A stretch of 12,063 nt of DNA, taken from positions 1-12,063 of the forward strand of contig JBDHFY010000209.1 in NCBI GenBank assembly GCA_039590195.1, in the 5' to 3' direction. This DNA is from Gemmatimonadota bacterium (GTDB lineage: Bacteria; Gemmatimonadota; Gemmatimonadetes; Gemmatimonadales; GWC2-71-9). A program made the translations under genes and the position numbers. The notes under the pieces are model-generated. The model did no database searches, was not told the DNA's origin, and saw only the letters and a program-made list of their open reading frames with translations. This document shows positions 6,838 to 12,063 of this stretch, piece by piece (the stretch's first letter is position 1; each line of letters opens with the position of its first letter).

Positions 6838-6883
6838 GTTCACCATAACAATAGTGATATAGAACTATAGAGGACGAAGCACC

Positions 6884-7258
6884 TTGGAATTCTCCATCGA
6901 CCCGAAGAGTGGGGTCCCGTTTTACCGGCAGATCATCGAGCAGGTGAAGTTCGCCCTGGCGGGTGGCGGCTTGGAGCCGGGAGAGCGGCTGCCGACGGTA
7001 CGGCAGCTCGCGGTGGATCTCTCGATCAATCCGAACACGGTCATTCGCGCGTACCGGGAAATGGAGATCGAAGGCGTCCTCGAAACGCAGCAGGGGTCCG
7101 GGACCTTTGTGGGTAACCAGCCGCCAGAAATCGACGCCCTCGAGCGGCGGCGGATGCTCGACCAGATCCTGACAGACCTCCTGGCCCGCGCCTCGGCGTA
7201 CGGGCTCACCCTCGACGAGGTGCTCGAGGGGCTGCGCCAGCGAAAGGAGGAGTCCTGA
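6884..7258 (+). CDS. GntR-family transcriptional regulator of the YtrA subfamily (short C-terminal domain)
   Basis: It is 124 aa with a TTG start and an AGGA 9 nt upstream. The HTH reads GERLPTVRQLAVDLSINPNTVIRAYREMEIEGVLETQQGSGTFV. The short C-terminal tail is typical of YtrA regulators, which usually control adjacent ABC transporters. Confidence 0.85.
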   Translation: MEFSIDPKSGVPFYRQIIEQVKFALAGGGLEPGERLPTVRQLAVDLSINPNTVIRAYREMEIEGVLETQQGSGTFVGNQPPEIDALERRRMLDQILTDLLARASAYGLTLDEVLEGLRQRKEES

Positions 7259-8403
7259 TGAGCTCAGCATCCAAGCCCCCCCCTCCCAGCATCCACAAGG
7301 CGCTACTCCAACTGTCCCTCGAAAGATTTGCCGCGGGAAGCAGGGCGGACTTTCGATTCGCGCCTCTCAACGTCCTACTGCTTGTCGCGATCTTCGTGAT
7401 CGGACTGGTGGTGCACCTGAACACCTATGCATTCACCATGAATGCCGTGCTGCTCTCGCTCGGGTCGGCGCTCGCCCTGGCCCTGCTCATACGAATGACC
7501 CAGGTGTGGGAGGCGGTCGTCATCCTCGGTACGGCGGACTGCCTGCTCATTTACCTCAAGATGCGCCCCGACAGCGAGATCCTGCTCGTAAGCGCTGTGG
7601 TGGCGCTTCTTGTCGCCCCGGCGATTCAAATCGCCTACCAGTGGGAACGGGCTGTGTTGCTGCGATTCGGCAAGTTTCGCGGACTTCGCAAGTCTGGTCT
7701 TTTCGGCATGGTCCCGGTCATCGACAAGGTTGCCCAGTTCGTCGACCAGCGGGTTCGTGTCAGTGACTTCAGGGCGGAGACGACGCTGACCGCCGACACG
7801 GTGCCGGTCAATGTCGATGCCATTGCGTTCTGGATGGTGTGGGATGCTCAGAAGGCTGTCCTCGAGGTCGAGCACTTCGACGATGCAGTGTTGCTCTCAG
7901 CCCAGACCGCATTGCGCAACGCCATCGGGAAGAACGACCTCGCAGTGCTGTTGTCCGAACGCGACCGGCTGGGCCACGAGATTCAAAAGGTGCTCGACGA
8001 GAAGACCAGCGGCTGGGGTGTCACGACGCAAGCCGTCGAGATCCGCGACATCATCATCCCCAAGGGTCTCGAGGACGCCATGTCGCGTCAGGCCCAGGCG
8101 GAACGGGAACGACAGAGCCGCATCATTCTCGGCACGGCGGAGACGGAGATCGCGGAGAAGTTTGCCCGCGCGTCGGACCACTACCGTAACAACCCCGTCG
8201 CCCTCCATCTGAGGGCGATGAACATGGTCTACGAGGGACTGCGGCAGAAGGGCTCCATGATCATCGTTCCCTCCACCGCGGTCGAGACCATGGGCCTTGG
8301 GGCCCTCGGCGGGTTAACGGCGTTCGGCCGCGAGGGCTCACCCCAAGCGCAACCGGCACGCTCCGAGCCCGAAGGGACTGATGAATCCAGTGTCGAACCG
8401 TAA
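7258..8403 (+). CDS. SPFH/band-7 (stomatin/QmcA-like) protein with an N-terminal multi-TM extension of about 115 aa and an acidic disordered C-terminal tail
   Basis: There is a strong SD (AAGGAGGAG) and the ATG overlaps the GntR stop as TGATG. The SPFH core (YQWERAVLLRFGKF...VDAIAFWMVWD...LSERDRLGHEIQKVLDEKTSGWGVTTQAVEIRDIIIP...AQAERERQ) aligns along QmcA/stomatin. Three to four hydrophobic helices precede it. Confidence 0.85.
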   Translation: MSSASKPPPPSIHKALLQLSLERFAAGSRADFRFAPLNVLLLVAIFVIGLVVHLNTYAFTMNAVLLSLGSALALALLIRMTQVWEAVVILGTADCLLIYLKMRPDSEILLVSAVVALLVAPAIQIAYQWERAVLLRFGKFRGLRKSGLFGMVPVIDKVAQFVDQRVRVSDFRAETTLTADTVPVNVDAIAFWMVWDAQKAVLEVEHFDDAVLLSAQTALRNAIGKNDLAVLLSERDRLGHEIQKVLDEKTSGWGVTTQAVEIRDIIIPKGLEDAMSRQAQAERERQSRIILGTAETEIAEKFARASDHYRNNPVALHLRAMNMVYEGLRQKGSMIIVPSTAVETMGLGALGGLTAFGREGSPQAQPARSEPEGTDESSVEP

Positions 8404-8469
8404 CATGCAAACGCTGTGCAACGGCGGACACACCGCTGTTGCCGTTGAAACTTGTGAGGAGCTGGACCA

Positions 8470-8655
8470 ATGAAACCGTCTGCGATCGTAACACTGATCT
8501 TCCTGTGCCTCGTGGCCGTCATCCACCTGGTGCGTTTCGTATTCCAGGTGAACATCACCGTCGACGCTGTCGTCGTACCGATGTGGGCCAGCCTGGTTGC
8601 GTTCTTCGCGTTGGGGGCGCTGGCCCTGTGGTTGTGGCGTGAGCAACGGGCGTAA
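8470..8655 (+). CDS. Small membrane protein of 61 aa with two predicted TM helices
   Basis: A GAGGAG SD lies 8 nt before the ATG. Codon third positions are GC-rich. It has two hydrophobic helices and ends in WLWREQRA. Confidence 0.5.
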   Translation: MKPSAIVTLIFLCLVAVIHLVRFVFQVNITVDAVVVPMWASLVAFFALGALALWLWREQRA

Positions 8656-8694
8656 CCACACAACGCCCAATAAGAACGCTGACACGTCCGCGTC

Positions 8695-8919
8695 ATGTCA
8701 TCCATTATCGCGTCCTGCACCCGTCCGGTCATCGCTCGCGTCCTAGAGCGACGCGACGGCCGGCGCACAGATCGGCCGGCATCCGTTTCCGTTTTGCTCG
8801 GCGGCCTGTTGCTCCTCCTCTGGGGCTACTTCACGTACGTCGACTGGCCCGTCGCATGGCCGGCGCCAATCCGTCCGATCGTCAAGGCCATCGGGTGGAT
8901 CTGGATGGCCATGGACTAG
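8695..8919 (+). CDS. Small membrane protein of 74 aa, with a basic N-terminus and one or two TM helices
   Basis: Third-position GC is very high, consistent with coding. The TM helix is VSVLLGGLLLLLWGYFTYV. Its stop lies 5 nt before the ATPase ATG at 8925. No clear SD is present. Confidence 0.35.
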   Translation: MSSIIASCTRPVIARVLERRDGRRTDRPASVSVLLGGLLLLLWGYFTYVDWPVAWPAPIRPIVKAIGWIWMAMD

Positions 8920-8924
8920 CGATC

Positions 8925-9935
8925 ATGTTCCTGACGCTTGGGGTCCCGCCACATGCTCAACCGGAGCGCACGACGAGACACACGGAGAACTCGAACGTCG
9001 TACTGCGGCTGAGCGGTCTCCGGAAGGCCTATGGAGATCTCGTTGCGGTCGACGACCTGTCGTTGGACGTCCTCCGCGGCGAAGTCTTCGGTTTTCTAGG
9101 GCCCAACGGCGCCGGCAAGACGACCACCATCAGCATGATCTGCGGCCTGCTGAAGGCCGATCGCGGCGAGATCGCGATCGGCGGCCGTCCTCTCGAGGAC
9201 CATTACCGGGAATGCAAACGCATGATGGGCCTCTGCCCCCAGCACGTGGTCGTCTGGGAATCCCTGACATGCCTCGAACAACTAGAGTTTGTTGGGCGCC
9301 AGTACGATCTGCGCCGAGGTGCGGCGCGCAAGAAAGCCTTGGAGTTGCTGGACACGCTCGGTCTCAGCGACAGAAAGAACAAGCTCGCCAAGACGCTCTC
9401 CGGCGGCATGAAGCGCCGGTTGAACATTGCCCTGGCACTCGTTCACGATCCGGAGATTCTCATCCTCGACGAGCCGCAGGCCGGCCTCGACCCACAGAGT
9501 CGTATCCTCATCAGAGAATACATCCGGTCGCTGGCCAACCGCATGACGGTGATTCTCACGACCCACGAGATGGATGAGGCGGATCGTCTCGCCGATCGGA
9601 TCGCCATCATCGACCACGGCCGGCTCCTGGTGCTCGATACACCTGATTGCCTCAAGAGTCAGATCGGCAATGGCGATGTGCTGGAGATTCACATCCCCGA
9701 TGCAGGAGCGGACGAGGTAAACCGCCTCCGGCATGCCCTTCCGGAAGAGCTACGTAACCTGTCCATCGAACAGGGGACCTTGCGGCTCGTAGGCGTGGAC
9801 GTTCTCAATGCGGTGCCGACGTTGATCGAAGAATTGCGCAAGGTCAACCTAGAAGTCCACCAGGACATCACGGTTCGCAAAAAGACGTTGGAGGATGTGT
9901 TCATCACGTTGACCGGCAGGAGGTTGCGGGAGTGA
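8925..9935 (+). CDS. ABC transporter ATP-binding protein of the ABC-2/DrrA-NatA type, with a C-terminal accessory domain of about 100 aa
   Basis: Walker A is GPNGAGKTT, the Q-loop is LCPQ, the signature is LSGGMKRRLNIALAL, Walker B is ILILDEP and the H-loop is TTHE. The start at 8925 is chosen because it abuts the upstream small ORF; an alternative ATG at 8856 is in frame. Confidence 0.85.
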   Translation: MFLTLGVPPHAQPERTTRHTENSNVVLRLSGLRKAYGDLVAVDDLSLDVLRGEVFGFLGPNGAGKTTTISMICGLLKADRGEIAIGGRPLEDHYRECKRMMGLCPQHVVVWESLTCLEQLEFVGRQYDLRRGAARKKALELLDTLGLSDRKNKLAKTLSGGMKRRLNIALALVHDPEILILDEPQAGLDPQSRILIREYIRSLANRMTVILTTHEMDEADRLADRIAIIDHGRLLVLDTPDCLKSQIGNGDVLEIHIPDAGADEVNRLRHALPEELRNLSIEQGTLRLVGVDVLNAVPTLIEELRKVNLEVHQDITVRKKTLEDVFITLTGRRLRE

Positions 9936-11107
9936 GATTAGCCAGTCTCTTCAAAAAGACGATGATTGAGAACCTGCGGGACTGGAAGGTGTTGATCCTC
10001 ACGTTGACCTTTGCTCCGTTCTTCGTGGTCCTGATGTACTTCTACTTCGGCGAGGCCGCTACCACTCCACACCGAGTCATCGTGGTCAATCACGACGAGG
10101 GAGCGACAACTGCCGACGGCGACGCCTTCAACGGGGGGCAGGCGTTGATCGTCGAGATGGAGAACGCCAGCTACCCCGAGGGCAGGAGCGTATTGGAGGT
10201 GCGCCGGGAACGGGACATAGAGATCGCCCAGCAACGCCTGAAGAACAAATCCGTTGATCTGGTCGTGGAGATCCCGCCACAGTTCTCGCGGATTCTTCAG
10301 GATCACAAGCAGGGACGCCGACCGCCTGCCGCGGTCGTCACCACTTACGGGGATCCGGCCAACGCCAAGTACATCATGGCCGCGGTCTGGAGCGACATGA
10401 TCACTTACGAGTATTCCGGAGTGGTGACAGGCGCGACCAATCCGGTCGAGCTTCAGGCACACACTGTGAGTGGCGTCGAATCATTGAACGACTTCGAGCT
10501 CTATGTTCCCGGCTTGCTCGCTCTCGCTCTGATGATGCTGATGTTCACCGCCGCCGCGTCCCTTATAAAGGAAAAGGACAAAGGCACCATCATTCGCCTG
10601 CGCATCTCGAATATGACCACCTTCGAGTGGCTCACGGCGGTCAGCTTGACCCAGATCATCCTCGGCATGCTCGCCTTGGCGCTCACCCTCGTGACGGCCG
10701 TGGCACTGGGATACGAGACCTCCGGGTCACTGGCCGCTCTGACGGCGGTCGGTCTGCTGTCGAGCCTAGCCATCATGGCCGTCGGGCTCGTGGTCGCGGC
10801 CTCGCTCAGAACGATCTTCGATCTCATGACCATCGGCAGCTTCCCGTTCTTCATCCTGATGTTCTTTTCCGGCGGGATGTTCCCACTTCCCCAGCTGCGG
10901 TTGTTCACCGTAGCCGGCCGTGCGGTGAACGCCAACGACCTCCTCCCCACCACACACTCGATATCGGCCCTGGGCAAGATCCTCAACTTCGGAGCAGGGT
11001 TGGGCGACGTGCTATTTGAGCTGGCGGCCATTGCCGTGCTGACCCTGCTCTTCTTTGCCGGCGGAACGTGGCTGTTTACGAAGCGGCATATGCAGGCTGC
11101 CGCCTAG
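9932..11107 (+). CDS. ABC-2 family permease: TM1, an extracytoplasmic domain of about 150 aa, then five TM helices (NatB/ABC2_membrane_3-like)
   Basis: The GTG start overlaps the ATPase stop as GTGA, with an AGGAGG SD 7 nt upstream. The topology is read from the hydrophobicity pattern. Confidence 0.85.
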   Translation: MRLASLFKKTMIENLRDWKVLILTLTFAPFFVVLMYFYFGEAATTPHRVIVVNHDEGATTADGDAFNGGQALIVEMENASYPEGRSVLEVRRERDIEIAQQRLKNKSVDLVVEIPPQFSRILQDHKQGRRPPAAVVTTYGDPANAKYIMAAVWSDMITYEYSGVVTGATNPVELQAHTVSGVESLNDFELYVPGLLALALMMLMFTAAASLIKEKDKGTIIRLRISNMTTFEWLTAVSLTQIILGMLALALTLVTAVALGYETSGSLAALTAVGLLSSLAIMAVGLVVAASLRTIFDLMTIGSFPFFILMFFSGGMFPLPQLRLFTVAGRAVNANDLLPTTHSISALGKILNFGAGLGDVLFELAAIAVLTLLFFAGGTWLFTKRHMQAAA

Positions 11108-11114
11108 GTTGACC

Positions 11115-11603
11115 ATGGGACAGACCGTGAACGAAGCGATTGCGAAGCTTGGTGGAACGGACCGCGACGATGAGGCTGCGGCCCGCTCCTGGCGCCGGTC
11201 ACCGACAATCTCCTGGGTAAGCCTGTGCCTTGCCGTGGCGTTACACGTGGCGGACGAGGCCGCCAATGATTTCCTCTCCGTCTACAATCCGAGCGTGCTT
11301 CGCATCAGGGAACGACTACCATTTCTTCCACTGCCCACTTTTACCTTTGAAGTCTGGATCGCCGGGTTGGCCACTGCCGTCGTCGTGGCCCTGGGCCTCT
11401 CACCCTTCGTATCCCGGCGGAAGAGTTGGATGCGAGTCATGGTCGTGATCCTTTCGGCCCTGATGATTCTCAACGGTCTCGCGCACCTGGCGGGGTCCAT
11501 ACGAACGGGCAGCGTGATGCCTGGCACCCTCTCGTCCCCGATCCTTCTCACCGCCGCCGCTTGGACGTTGTCCCAAGCATGGGCGGGCTGGAATCCACGG
11601 TGA
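11115..11603 (+). CDS. Membrane protein of 162 aa with about four TM helices and a conserved-looking ALHVADEA motif (possibly related to the HXXEE domain)
   Basis: The ATG lies 7 nt after the permease stop. The hydrophobic helices are read from the sequence. Its function is unknown. Confidence 0.55.
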   Translation: MGQTVNEAIAKLGGTDRDDEAAARSWRRSPTISWVSLCLAVALHVADEAANDFLSVYNPSVLRIRERLPFLPLPTFTFEVWIAGLATAVVVALGLSPFVSRRKSWMRVMVVILSALMILNGLAHLAGSIRTGSVMPGTLSSPILLTAAAWTLSQAWAGWNPR

Positions 11604-11706
11604 CTTTGCGGTGGTCTCGACTTCTCCAGTGGGCGTGGAGACCCCCACTGGACACCGAGTGGCCTGGCTGTTATGTGTACTCAAGCCACCGAACGGGAGC
11701 GAGACC

Positions 11707-12021
11707 ATGACAGCGCCACCCCCCTCAGCTTCCACGGACCTCCAGACCATCCCAGGTGTCGGGCCCAGTATCACCAAGGACCTGCACGACCTGGGCATCC
11801 GCCAGGTGCAGGACCTCCGTTGCGCTGATCCGGAACGGCTGTACGAGCGGCTCTGCATCCAGCACGGGGCCATGATCGACCGTTGCGTCCTCTACGTCTT
11901 CCGGTGCGCCGTCTACTTCGCGAGCCACGAAGAACACGATCCGAATCTCCTCAAGTGGTGGAACTGGAAGGACGAAGCAGGGTCCACGCCAATCGCTCGC
12001 GGACGGATATCGCTGCTCTAA
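11707..12021 (+). CDS. Small HhH-domain protein, Cdd1 / pathogenicity-locus / McrB-like family
   Basis: The ORF 11611..12021 is trimmed to the ATG at 11707, which has a GGGAG SD 7 nt upstream. The motifs are LQTIPGVGPSITKDLHDLGIRQVQDL...PERLYERL...CVLYVFRCAVYFAS...DPNLLKWWNWKD. Confidence 0.6.
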   Translation: MTAPPPSASTDLQTIPGVGPSITKDLHDLGIRQVQDLRCADPERLYERLCIQHGAMIDRCVLYVFRCAVYFASHEEHDPNLLKWWNWKDEAGSTPIARGRISLL

Positions 12022-12063
12022 CCCTCCGCCCTCCTGTCCCTCGCGGTGAGGGAATCACCGACT

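Noticed and set aside
8856-8924. The longer ATPase start at the ATG at 8856 (MAGANPSDRQGH...)
   Set aside because: It adds about 50 non-conserved residues before the first ABC beta-strand and would overlap the 74-aa ORF. The ATG at 8925 abuts that ORF's stop. This is kept only as an alternative.
1-12063. CRISPR arrays, IS elements or transposases, tRNA or rRNA genes
   Set aside because: No regularly spaced direct repeats, no transposase or integrase-like ORFs, and no tRNA-like cloverleaf candidates were seen. The only repeats are the short elements reported above.

Overview
This is a high-GC (about 65-67%) bacterial chromosomal window. Its gene content, especially an ADOP-type duplicated MacB/FtsX permease paired with a PadR regulator, points to an Acidobacteriota- or Gemmatimonadota-like genome. 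There are no rRNA, tRNA, CRISPR or transposase genes. Gene order from left to right (strand in brackets): (1) a two-component system (-): an OmpR-family response regulator followed by a sensor histidine kinase, translationally coupled through an 8-nt ATGACTGA overlap. (2) A divergently transcribed lipoprotein (+) that looks spondin-N-like, with ATTAGA/TCTAAT palindromes in the shared intergenic region. (3) A convergent intergenic region of about 225 bp bounded by an 18-bp perfect inverted repeat, containing a GC hairpin plus TTTT terminator. (4) A PadR-family regulator translationally coupled (TGATG) to a roughly 905-aa ADOP-family MacB/FtsX-like permease (-). The permease reading frame is broken by a perfect 14-bp tandem duplication at 4831-4858. 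(5) An AT-rich 164-bp divergent control region with a near-consensus sigma70 promoter for padR and four related TAACAWTG(TTAG) motifs. (6) An operon (+): a YtrA-type GntR regulator, an SPFH/stomatin-like protein with an unusual multi-transmembrane (TM) N-terminal extension, two small membrane-protein ORFs, an ABC ATPase, an ABC-2 permease (NatB-like topology) and a 162-aa membrane protein. (7) A small helix-hairpin-helix (HhH) protein of the Cdd1 type at the right edge. (8) The left edge (1-311) has no listed ORF and carries G-rich heptad repeats with G-quadruplex potential. The most interesting candidates are the GntR-SPFH-small-TM-ABC module, which has no NfeD partner, and the duplication-inactivated PadR-ADOP pair. 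Because of the high GC content, many long antisense ORFs in the six-frame track are judged spurious.
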